From: Gemmatimonadales bacterium | Lineage (GTDB): Bacteria > Gemmatimonadota > Gemmatimonadetes > Gemmatimonadales > GWC2-71-9 | Reading direction: 5' to 3' | Assembly (NCBI GenBank): GCA_041613315.1 | Contig: JBFJHJ010000012.1 | Location: forward strand, 1-64,000 | DNA length: 64,000 nt | Shown: positions 44,819 to 53,361 of the stretch, in pieces | How the letters are laid out: every line of letters begins with the position of its first letter | Position numbering within the stretch: position 1 is the stretch's first letter | Notes under the pieces: model-generated | Seen by the model: the letters and a program-made list of their open reading frames with translations, nothing else | Database searches by the model: none | Told to the model about the DNA's origin: nothing | Program-made: the position numbers and the translations under genes

Positions 44819-45901
44819 ATGCGTCTGGCGATCCTGCTCACCCCGCTCCTCGCCGCGGCGTCCCTCGCGGCCTGCTCCGACTCGGGCGGTCCCGCAGATC
44901 TGCTCGTCGACTGCGATCTGTTCTCGCCGTTCGTGTTTGACGGCGGCGTGGGACGTGGCGGGATTCCGGCCCTGAGTGATCCCCACGTGGCCAGCGCCGC
45001 GGCCGCGACCTTTCTCACGCCGGAGGACCGGATCCTCGGGGTGGTCCGGAACGGCATGGCCCGTGCCTATCCCTTGATCGTGATGTGGTGGCATGAGGTG
45101 GTGAACGACACTCTGGGGGGCGAGCCGCTGCTGGTGTCCTACTGCCCGCTCACGGGGTCGGGCCTTGCGCACGATCCGTGGGTGAACGGCACCCTCCACA
45201 CCTTCCTCGTGTCCGGGCTCATCTTCGAGAACAACCTCATGATGGTGGACGCCGAGACCGAGAGCGTGTGGCCGCAGCTTCTGGCGTCGGCCCGGTGTGG
45301 CCCGCGCAAGGGCGCGGCGCTCCAGTCGGTGGCTATCGCGGAAACCACGTGGGAGCGCTGGCTCGAGCTGCATCCGGCCACGACGGTCGTGACCACACAC
45401 ACCGGCTTCAGCCGCGAGTACGGGCGCTACCCCTACAACGACTACGCCGTGCCGGCGAACGATGAGCTGCTCTTTCCGTCATCCCCGTTCAACATCACCC
45501 GGAACCCGAAGGAGCCGGTCCTCGGCGTATTCGAAGGCGACGCCGAGGTCGTGTATCCCTACTTCGCGATGCGCGATGTCACGTTGGCGGCAGGCGTGGA
45601 CGCCCTGGCCCTCAACGATACGCTCGCCAGCCGGCCGATCGTGGTGCTGTGGGACACGCCCAGCCAGACTGCGATCGCGTACGATCGTCGCGCGAACGGT
45701 GAGACGCTGACGTTCCGCGCCAGTGCGGAACACGCCGGGCAGTACGAAGACGAGGAGACGGGGTCACGGTGGTCCCAGTCCGGCGTGGCGCTCGCCGGGC
45801 CGCTCACGGGCGTGGCGCTTACGCCGATCGCACGCTCCTACACGGCGTTCTGGTTCGCGTGGTCCATCTTTCATCGCTTCGCCCGCCGCGGGATCGAGTG
45901 A
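44819..45901 (+). CDS. DUF3179-family lipoprotein
   Basis: Lipobox SLAAC; GIPAL..P, ARAYP, HEVVND, SYCPLTGS, SGL..NNL...D.ETES.W.Q, FWFAW. Confidence 0.85.
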   Translation: MRLAILLTPLLAAASLAACSDSGGPADLLVDCDLFSPFVFDGGVGRGGIPALSDPHVASAAAATFLTPEDRILGVVRNGMARAYPLIVMWWHEVVNDTLGGEPLLVSYCPLTGSGLAHDPWVNGTLHTFLVSGLIFENNLMMVDAETESVWPQLLASARCGPRKGAALQSVAIAETTWERWLELHPATTVVTTHTGFSREYGRYPYNDYAVPANDELLFPSSPFNITRNPKEPVLGVFEGDAEVVYPYFAMRDVTLAAGVDALALNDTLASRPIVVLWDTPSQTAIAYDRRANGETLTFRASAEHAGQYEDEETGSRWSQSGVALAGPLTGVALTPIARSYTAFWFAWSIFHRFARRGIE

Positions 45902-46103
45902 GTGACGTATACATAAGTTGTTGCTGTACATGCTGTTACGCTCGATCGCAGCCTTCTGCCGCGCCCGATTATGAAGACCCCTTGACGTTACTCCTGACTG
46001 GAATCATTGTTGAAGGATACCGGGTATCCTCGACTTCCCTCGCAGTCCCAGTCGCGGAAACCCTCTTTGTCTTAGCCCCACAACCCCTAGGCCGGGAGGT
46101 CTC

Positions 46104-49100
46104 ATGTCTCCTACTGGTTGGTTTAGAGGGGCTCTTGTGGCGGTCGTCGCCGTCATGCTGTCCGTCGGGATGGCGGCATCGGCGTTCGCCCAAGGGATCG
46201 GCACCGTGCGGGGCCGCGTGGCCGACGAGGTCAGCCGGCGGCCGCTCAACGCGGTGCAGGTGTACGTGCCGGGCACCGACCTGGGCACGCTCACCGACGA
46301 GGATGGGCAGTTCCAGCTCAATCTGGCGGCCGGCAACTATACGATCCGCGTGCGCCGGGTGGGCTACAGCACGACGAGCCAGTCGGTCACGATTGGCGCC
46401 GGCCAGGTGGCCGAGCTCAACTTCGCGATGGCGCAGAACGTGATCGTCCTCGACGAGGTCGTGGTGACCGGCGCCGGAGCCGCGACCGAGAAGAAGCGGC
46501 TCGGCAACACCATCGCCTCGATCAAGACGAGCGAGCTCGAGAACGCGCCGACGCTCAACTTCTCCGAGCTGATCTCGGCGCGTGAGCCCGGCGTCGTGGT
46601 CAGCCCGTCGGGCGGGCTCGCGGGCGAGGGCGCGCGGATCCGCATCCGCGGGGTCGCGAGCCTGTCGCAGAACAACGAGCCCATCGTCTACGTGGACGGC
46701 ATCCGCGTGGACCGGGGCGGCGGCTTCGGCAGCCCGTTGATGTTCGTGGGCGGCGGCGGCGCGCCGTCGCGGCTGGACGACATCAACCCCGAATCGATCG
46801 ACCGCGTGGAGGTGCTGAAAGGCGCCGCGGCGGCCACGCTGTACGGCACCGAGGCTTCCAACGGCGTCATCCAGATCTTCACGAAGAAAGGCGCGCGCGG
46901 CGCCCCGCAATTCGACTTCACGGTCGAGCAGGGGCTCGCTTCGGTGAACCAGGGCCGCTACAAGACGAACACCGGCTTCGCGCGTGACGACGCCACACAG
47001 ACCACGGCCAACTTCCTGACGGCGAGCGAGCTGAGCCAGTTCTGGGGATTTCAGATCCAGCCGTTCCAGATCTTTGAGGTCGACTATTTCGATCCGGTGC
47101 TCGAGACCGGCTGGGTGCAGTCGTATTCGAGCTCCGTGAGCGGCGGCACGAGCGGGCTCACCTACTTCGTCTCGGGCCGGTTCGCCCGCGAGAACGGACC
47201 GATCACCGGGAAAGAGGTCGGCGGAATCGCGGACGACATCAACAAGAAGGTGCAAGGCACGGCCAATCTCGAGGTGGTGCCGTCGGACAAGTTGAAGATC
47301 CGCTTCACCACCCAGTTCTCCGACTTGCAGCACCAGACGCCGGAGAACAACAACAACATCTACGGGTTCATGCCGTCCGTGATGGACGCCAAGCCGGAGC
47401 GGGCCACCTGCAAGACGTCTTTTGGTCAGGGTACGCCCAATGGTGACGGCACGTGCAGTCCCGTGGGGAATCCGGAGGGTGCGACCTTCGCCACGACCAG
47501 GGAGACGGCGCAGGTCCTCGTGAGCCAGAGCGCCCGGCATTACCTGGCGAGCTTGCAGACCCAGTACAGCCCCGTGTCGGAGCTGATCCTCGACGCCACT
47601 ATCGGCGTTGACGTGACCAGCGTGAAGGACGCCGAGTTCTTCCCGTTCGCCTGGAACGTGGACCTGTTGTCGGGCGCGCGTGTGGCCGGCCGGCGTGACA
47701 TCGCCGACCGCCGCCGCCGTGAGATCACGCTGGAGACGAAGCTCCAGTGGGACCGCCGCTTCGGCGACAAGATCTCCTCTACGTTCGTCGCTGGCGGCCA
47801 GGGCTTCATTTCCAAGAACGAGACGGACTACGGCCGCGGCGAGAGCTTCCCCGGGCCCGGTCTCGAGGTCGTGGGAGCGGGCGCGCAGCAAATCGCCGGC
47901 GAGAACATCCTCGAGGTCGTGAACGCCGGCGCGTTCGCGCAGGAACAGATCGGCTACAACAACGTGGTCTTCCTGACCGTGGGCGGGCGGTACGACCGCA
48001 ACAGTGCCTTCGGTGAGTCCACCTCCGGCACGTTCTACCCGAAGGTCAGCGTTTCCATTGTGCCCAGCGACCTGTCCACCTGGAACTCGCGCACGTTCTC
48101 GACGATGCGGGTGCGTGGCGCCTTGGGGCAGTCGGGCTTGCAGCCGGGCGCGTTTGACAAGTTCACGACGTTTTCCGCGGCCGCGTCGTCCCTCGGACCG
48201 GGGCTCGTAGCGGACAACCTGGGGAACCAGGACCTGAAGCCCGAGAAGTCGACGGAGTGGGAAGTGGGTGCCGAATTCGGGCTGTTCGATGACCGGCTCG
48301 GGATCGACTTCACCTACTGGGACCGTGCGACGCGCGACGCGCTGTACGCGCGCCAGTTCGCGACGTCGGGCGGGTTCGTGAACCCGCAGGTGGTGAACAT
48401 CGGGCGCCTCGACGCCAACGGGCTCGAGGTCGCGGCGAACGCGCTGGTCTATAACCAGCCGAACGTAACGATCCGGATGTTCGCCAACGCGTCGTACCTC
48501 AAGGAGACCGTGACGGATCTGGGTGGCGCCCCACCGATCAAGGTGGGCGGCTCCTACATCCGGTACCGGAACTGGATCCGTGAGGGCTACGCCCCCGGCG
48601 CGTTCTTCGGCGCGAAGCTGGCGCCGTTCGCCCAGGGCTTCACGCCGTTCGACGTCACCGGCCCCGGCGGCATACCCGACGGCCAGCCGGACAGCGAGGC
48701 GGAGCTGCTCGCGTTCTTCGCGGTGCCGCGCTCCCTCGATGCGATCAGCGGTTCGTCGGCTATCCTGCTGGAGGACGGGCTGGAGAGCCATCTCGGGAAG
48801 CCCACGCCGGACTGGCAGGGCTCGTTCGGGACGAACATCTCGCTCATGGGCAACCTCGAGATCGCGTCCACGTTCGAGTACAAGGCCGGCGACTTCTGGG
48901 TACACAACTTGACGGACGCGTTCCGCAGCACCCACCCGAACATCGGGCGGAACTTCCGGAAGGCCACGGAGGTCGAGTTGGCCCTCGTGAACCCGGCGTC
49001 CACGCCGGAACAGCGGCTGGCGGCGGCGATGACGTTCGCGACGGAGCTCAAGCATCTCTCGCCGCGGAGCGGGCTCAACGCCATCGAGAAGGGGGACTAC

Positions 49101-49379
49101 CTCAGGTGGCGCGAGCTGAGCCTGACGTACCGGCTCCCGCGGGCGTGGGTCCAGCGGAAGCTCGGTGTGCGCTATGTGACGCTGAACGCGGCCGTCCGTA
49201 ACCTCGCGTTGTGGACGGGCTACAGCGGGATCGACCCCGAGACCAACCTGATCAGTCGCGGCGGCGACCCGGGCAGCGCGGGTGAGACCACGCTGGACCA
49301 GAACTTCGCCGACGGCATCGACGCGTGGGGCGTGCCGCTCCCGCGCCGGTTCACGTTCAGCCTACGCTTCGGCTTCTAG
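46104..49379 (+). CDS. SusC/RagA-family TonB-dependent transporter (SusC-3)
   Basis: RBS GGAGG; DEVVVTG; DDINPESIDRVEVLKGAAAATLYGTEASNGVIQIFTK; YSGIDPE; terminal F. Confidence 0.93.
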   Translation: MSPTGWFRGALVAVVAVMLSVGMAASAFAQGIGTVRGRVADEVSRRPLNAVQVYVPGTDLGTLTDEDGQFQLNLAAGNYTIRVRRVGYSTTSQSVTIGAGQVAELNFAMAQNVIVLDEVVVTGAGAATEKKRLGNTIASIKTSELENAPTLNFSELISAREPGVVVSPSGGLAGEGARIRIRGVASLSQNNEPIVYVDGIRVDRGGGFGSPLMFVGGGGAPSRLDDINPESIDRVEVLKGAAAATLYGTEASNGVIQIFTKKGARGAPQFDFTVEQGLASVNQGRYKTNTGFARDDATQTTANFLTASELSQFWGFQIQPFQIFEVDYFDPVLETGWVQSYSSSVSGGTSGLTYFVSGRFARENGPITGKEVGGIADDINKKVQGTANLEVVPSDKLKIRFTTQFSDLQHQTPENNNNIYGFMPSVMDAKPERATCKTSFGQGTPNGDGTCSPVGNPEGATFATTRETAQVLVSQSARHYLASLQTQYSPVSELILDATIGVDVTSVKDAEFFPFAWNVDLLSGARVAGRRDIADRRRREITLETKLQWDRRFGDKISSTFVAGGQGFISKNETDYGRGESFPGPGLEVVGAGAQQIAGENILEVVNAGAFAQEQIGYNNVVFLTVGGRYDRNSAFGESTSGTFYPKVSVSIVPSDLSTWNSRTFSTMRVRGALGQSGLQPGAFDKFTTFSAAASSLGPGLVADNLGNQDLKPEKSTEWEVGAEFGLFDDRLGIDFTYWDRATRDALYARQFATSGGFVNPQVVNIGRLDANGLEVAANALVYNQPNVTIRMFANASYLKETVTDLGGAPPIKVGGSYIRYRNWIREGYAPGAFFGAKLAPFAQGFTPFDVTGPGGIPDGQPDSEAELLAFFAVPRSLDAISGSSAILLEDGLESHLGKPTPDWQGSFGTNISLMGNLEIASTFEYKAGDFWVHNLTDAFRSTHPNIGRNFRKATEVELALVNPASTPEQRLAAAMTFATELKHLSPRSGLNAIEKGDYLRWRELSLTYRLPRAWVQRKLGVRYVTLNAAVRNLALWTGYSGIDPETNLISRGGDPGSAGETTLDQNFADGIDAWGVPLPRRFTFSLRFGF

Positions 49380-49415
49380 AGAAGCCGGGCCATCGAGATA
49401 AGGAGATTGATCGAC

Positions 49416-50804
49416 ATGAGGACACAATCGACTTCGCTCAGTGGCGCCGGCTGGCGGGCCCGGGTCGCTCCCGTGCTCGCCCTCTGGTTCGCCGCGAGCT
49501 TCGCGGGTTGCGACGCGCTGATTGACGTGTCGAACCCGAACAACGTGAAGGACGAAGACCTGAGTAACCCCACCGCCGCCCCGGCGCTGGTGAGCGGTGT
49601 GCTCAACGAGGTCACGGACGCGTGGGCCACCTCGCTCACGCCGTACGCGACGGCGACCGACGAGCTGCACTGGATTGGCTCCCGGGACGACTGGAAGAAC
49701 CTGAACAACGGCACCCTGTCCGTCACCACCAATGAGTTCACCGACGCCGCGTTCCCGGATGTCGCGGAGGCCCGCTGGCTGGCGGACAACGCGATCAAGC
49801 TGATCAAGGGCTTCGACGACGCTGGCACCCTCAGCAGCCGGCTCAATCTGGCCCGCGCGTACCTGTATGGCGCGATCATCTACATGCTGATCGGCGACCA
49901 GTGGGAGGACTTCGTCGTCTCGTCTGACCGGGAGACACCGGGACCGCCGGTGGGCCCCGCCAACATGGCATCCATGTACGATAAGGCGATCCAGTACTTG
50001 ACCGACGGGATCGCGATTGCGCAGGCCGTCGGCGGCACCACCGGCACCGGCCTGGTCACCGACATGCGGGCGCTACGGGCCAGCGCCACGCACCGCAAAG
50101 CCATCTGGCAGAGCATCCGCCCGACCTTCCCGGCGGCGCTGCCGGTGTACGCGGGCGTGGACGCCCAGGCCGTGGCCGACGCCCAGGCTTTGATCGCCGC
50201 CCGCGGCGGCACGGATTGGGCGTTCAAGTTCACCTACGCGGTCGCCACGACCACGAGCTCGATCGGCGGCTGGGTCAACGAGCGCCTGGAGCACCGCATT
50301 GACACGTCGTATGCGGTGGCGGACGCGTCGAACAAGACCATTACCGGCGTCGCCCTGCGCGATCCGATTGACAACGTAGCCGACGGCGGCGTCGCCAGGA
50401 TCATCGCCGACTTCTGCAACATCAGTGGCACCAAGTGCCTCAACACGAATGTCGGCCCGCTCTGGGTCACGTCGGAGCGCGAGATGTACCTGATCCTGGC
50501 CGAGCACGCGTGGGTGAACAGCGATCCCGTGACGGCGGAGACCAATATCAACGCGTTGCGGGCGCTGGACGGGCGGACGGCGTACAACCGCCTGAACCCC
50601 GCGCACCCCACGGTGGGAGCGATGATCCAGTACCACCGCAAGGCGAACACGTTCTACCAGGGCCGGCGGCTGTCGGACATGTACCGGTTCGGGATTCGGG
50701 ACCCGCGGTGGACGCCGGAGGCGGAGACCATCAACCGTCCGGGCACCTTCCTGCCCATCACGACGATCGAGTGCCGCTCGAATCCGAACCTCAATTGCAC
50801 CTGA
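49416..50804 (+). CDS. SusD/RagB-family lipoprotein (SusD-3)
   Basis: RBS AAGGAG; lipobox SFAGC...SNPN; EMYLILAE, IN.LR, QGRRLSDMYRFG, LPI...E. Confidence 0.88.
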   Translation: MRTQSTSLSGAGWRARVAPVLALWFAASFAGCDALIDVSNPNNVKDEDLSNPTAAPALVSGVLNEVTDAWATSLTPYATATDELHWIGSRDDWKNLNNGTLSVTTNEFTDAAFPDVAEARWLADNAIKLIKGFDDAGTLSSRLNLARAYLYGAIIYMLIGDQWEDFVVSSDRETPGPPVGPANMASMYDKAIQYLTDGIAIAQAVGGTTGTGLVTDMRALRASATHRKAIWQSIRPTFPAALPVYAGVDAQAVADAQALIAARGGTDWAFKFTYAVATTTSSIGGWVNERLEHRIDTSYAVADASNKTITGVALRDPIDNVADGGVARIIADFCNISGTKCLNTNVGPLWVTSEREMYLILAEHAWVNSDPVTAETNINALRALDGRTAYNRLNPAHPTVGAMIQYHRKANTFYQGRRLSDMYRFGIRDPRWTPEAETINRPGTFLPITTIECRSNPNLNCT

Positions 50805-50846
50805 GGTCTCGAAGGACGGCGCGCCTCGCGGCGTGACGGAAACACG

Positions 50847-50880
50847 GAGAGGCGGCCAGCACTGGCCGCCTCTCTCGTTT
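50847..50880. terminator. Intrinsic terminator between convergent genes
   Basis: GAGAGGCGGCCAG-CA-CTGGCCGCCTCTC stem followed by TCGTTT. Confidence 0.75.
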
Positions 50881-50915
50881 CAGGTCGCGGCGTCGCGCCG
50901 CGCCTCGGCCCGCCC

Positions 50916-51356
50916 CTAGCCTCCTTTGGTGTCGATGAAGATCACGCCCTGCGTCGCGTTCGTGCCGTAGAACGTGGTCCCGTCGATCCCGCTCACGACC
51001 CTGATACGGACGATGTGCTGGGCGGGGATCGTCGAGAGGAATGACAGGTCGGTGATCCTGATCCCATCCAACACGACGATCGGCTGGGTGGCGGTGATCA
51101 TGCTGCCCTTGCCTCGCCGCGAGATCCGCCCCGGGGTCCCGGAACGCGTCTCCGTCAGCGAGATGAACGGCACCACGCGCCGCAGCGCCTCCCATGCGGT
51201 GGTCGCCCGGGACCGCGCGATCTCGTCGGCCGTGATGACCTGGCTGGAGAGCGCCGTCTGTTGCTGCGCCGCCACAGGGGTCGAGGCGGCGCCGGCGACG
51301 ACGAGCGGTGCGAGGAGCAGGACCCAGCGAGCGGCGGTCCGGCTGGCCTGCAGCAT
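50916..51356 (-). CDS. Stand-alone exported TonB plug-domain protein
   Basis: RBS GGGGAGG; signal peptide; ITADEI, PIVVLDG, IRVVSG...YGTNATQGVIFIDTK then stop. Confidence 0.8.
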   Translation of the reverse strand: MLQASRTAARWVLLLAPLVVAGAASTPVAAQQQTALSSQVITADEIARSRATTAWEALRRVVPFISLTETRSGTPGRISRRGKGSMITATQPIVVLDGIRITDLSFLSTIPAQHIVRIRVVSGIDGTTFYGTNATQGVIFIDTKGG

Positions 51357-51435
51357 GTGCGCCTCCCCGAGGTCGGGAGGGCGTGAGCGGTCGGGCTCGC
51401 GCCTCTCTTCAATCCACGCCGCGGGCCGACGATTG

Positions 51436-53361
51436 TCAAGGCTCGCCGGCGTCGCGCGCACCACCGGCCCTCTGCACGATGCGCTGACGCTGCCCCGCCG
51501 TCAGCATGTCGCGCGCGACGATGTCCCGAACGATCTTGGCGACGAACCCATACCCCCGAGGCTCCGCCACGAGCCAGCGTTGCCACTCGAGCTCGTCCAG
51601 CGCGGCGTGGAGCGCCGTGCCCGTGAGCTCCGCTCCCCGGCCGAGGCGCTCCTCGGGCACCCGGTCCCCCAGCACCGCGGCCGCCACGAGCACGTGCTGG
51701 GCGCCTTTGCTGAGTCGCCCGAAGCCCACGCGGATCGCCGCCACCGCGGCGTCGGGGAGCTCCCCCGGCAAGGTCTGATCGAGCGTCTTCAGGGGCTGGG
51801 GCCACGCGCCGGTGATCGCTCCGAGATCCATGCCCAACGCGACGGCGTGCAGCAACTCCACCACGAGCAAGGGTAGTCCGGCGGCATCGGCGGCCACGCG
51901 ACGCGCCAGCCGGTTCAGGTCGTCCTCCCCGTAGTTCGGCGCGGCCCACGCCGCGAGCCGCCGGACGGCCGCCGCGTCGAGCGGCGCGAGGGCGAGCCCG
52001 ACGCCCGGCACGTCGCGGCCGATCCGGGCGCGGAGTTCGTCCAGGTCGGACCGCGGCGGCTGGCGCGGGACGGCGAGCGCCAAGAGGAACGGAGCGGCCC
52101 GCACGTCCCGCAGCGCCGCCGTCAGCGCGCCCGCCGACTCCGGATCCAGCCACTGCGCGTCGTCCACGAACGCGACGACCGGCTGCTCGAGCGTCGCCGC
52201 CCGAAGGACGTCGCTCAGGGCCGCCCCGGGGGGAAGGGGCGAACGGTGCGGGACGGTGCGGCCGAATCGATCGGCCCACTCGGGGATCTCCTCGGCGAAC
52301 GTGCGGAGCGCTTGGGGCGCGGCCGCGGCGAGGCCGGCGGCGTCGAGCAAGCCGCCCCGGCCGAGCCCGAAGAGGCCGCTCCAGGTGGTCGCATGATCGG
52401 CCTCCACCGCGCGCACCGCCGTCACCGCAGCGCCGCCCAGGCGCGCACGCGCCAAGAGCTCCTCCATCAGCCGGGTCTTGCCGAGCCCGGGATCTCCCTC
52501 GACGACGACAGCGGCGGCCTGTCGCTCGCGGACACAGGCATGCCAGACCGTCAGCAGACGCTCCAACTCCCGCTCCCGTCCCACCAGAGGCGCCCGGCGT
52601 GTAACGGCCCCGCCCGCCGACCCCGCCAGCAGCTCAGGTGCGAAGCGCCAGGTACGCTCGCCCCGGATCCGATCGGCGAGCTCGAGGGTTTCGGCAGCCG
52701 GCTCGCCCCCCGCCACGCCCAGCGCCCCCCTGAACCGCGCGAAGTGAGCCAGGGCGGCCGACCGGTCGCCGTCCAGCGCGAGCGCCGTCATCGTGACGCG
52801 GACCGCGCGGTCCGCGAGCGGCGCGAGCGCCAGCGCCCGGGCTCCCGCCGCTCGCGCGTCCCGCAACTGTCCGCGGGCCGTCAGTTGCTGTGCCCACGCC
52901 ACGAGTGCGGCGGCGGCGCGGTCCCGCCATTGCGTCCGCTCGGCCGCGACCCAGTCCTCGAACGCCGAGGCGTCCGGCACGCCGAACCCCTCGAGGAAAT
53001 CGCCGGCCACGAGTCGCCCCGCCGCTTCCCAATCCATTTCGCGCTCGGCCCGCTCAAACGTGTCCGTGTCCAGCCGCACGGCGTCTTGGGCCAGACGCAC
53101 CTGGTCGTGCGCGGCCGTCAGCCCCTCCTCGCCGATCGTCCGGCGCACCACCCGCAGCGCTTCCCGCAGGGAGTGCCGGGCGGAGGCCTCTGACTTGTCT
53201 CCCCAAAGGAGCGCCGTCAGGTGATTGCGGGTGCGCGCCCGCTTGGGCGAGCGGGCGAGGTAGATGAGGAGCGCGAGATGCTTCCGCCACATCAGCTCGG
53301 AGGGCGGGGCGGCGCCATCAACCCACACCCCGACGGGACCGAGCACCCGGCACTCGATCAC
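51436..53361 (-). CDS. SARP-type (OmpR-HTH plus BTAD) transcriptional regulator with AAA/STAND ATPase
   Basis: CRVLGP, LLIYLA, LWG, SLR, GDFLEG...FEDW; LVGRERE, GDPGLGKT Walker A, VDDAQWLD Walker B, GLPL; GTGA coupling to the kinase. Confidence 0.85.
   Translation of the reverse strand: MIECRVLGPVGVWVDGAAPPSELMWRKHLALLIYLARSPKRARTRNHLTALLWGDKSEASARHSLREALRVVRRTIGEEGLTAAHDQVRLAQDAVRLDTDTFERAEREMDWEAAGRLVAGDFLEGFGVPDASAFEDWVAAERTQWRDRAAAALVAWAQQLTARGQLRDARAAGARALALAPLADRAVRVTMTALALDGDRSAALAHFARFRGALGVAGGEPAAETLELADRIRGERTWRFAPELLAGSAGGAVTRRAPLVGRERELERLLTVWHACVRERQAAAVVVEGDPGLGKTRLMEELLARARLGGAAVTAVRAVEADHATTWSGLFGLGRGGLLDAAGLAAAAPQALRTFAEEIPEWADRFGRTVPHRSPLPPGAALSDVLRAATLEQPVVAFVDDAQWLDPESAGALTAALRDVRAAPFLLALAVPRQPPRSDLDELRARIGRDVPGVGLALAPLDAAAVRRLAAWAAPNYGEDDLNRLARRVAADAAGLPLLVVELLHAVALGMDLGAITGAWPQPLKTLDQTLPGELPDAAVAAIRVGFGRLSKGAQHVLVAAAVLGDRVPEERLGRGAELTGTALHAALDELEWQRWLVAEPRGYGFVAKIVRDIVARDMLTAGQRQRIVQRAGGARDAGEP

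Noticed and set aside
44819..45901. DUF3179 as a selenoprotein
   Set aside because: The motif position is TGC (YCPLTG) and the ORF has no in-frame TGA
45969..49055. 1028-aa antisense ORF, and other long shadow ORFs such as 19640-21286, 33240-35147 and 58224-60329
   Set aside because: They overlap well-supported genes; stop-codon scarcity in high-GC DNA explains them; no motifs
21751..51356. Integrative element inserted at tRNA-Ser
   Set aside because: No integrase, no duplicated tRNA 3' end and no mobility genes seen; the island lies on the 5' side of the tRNA
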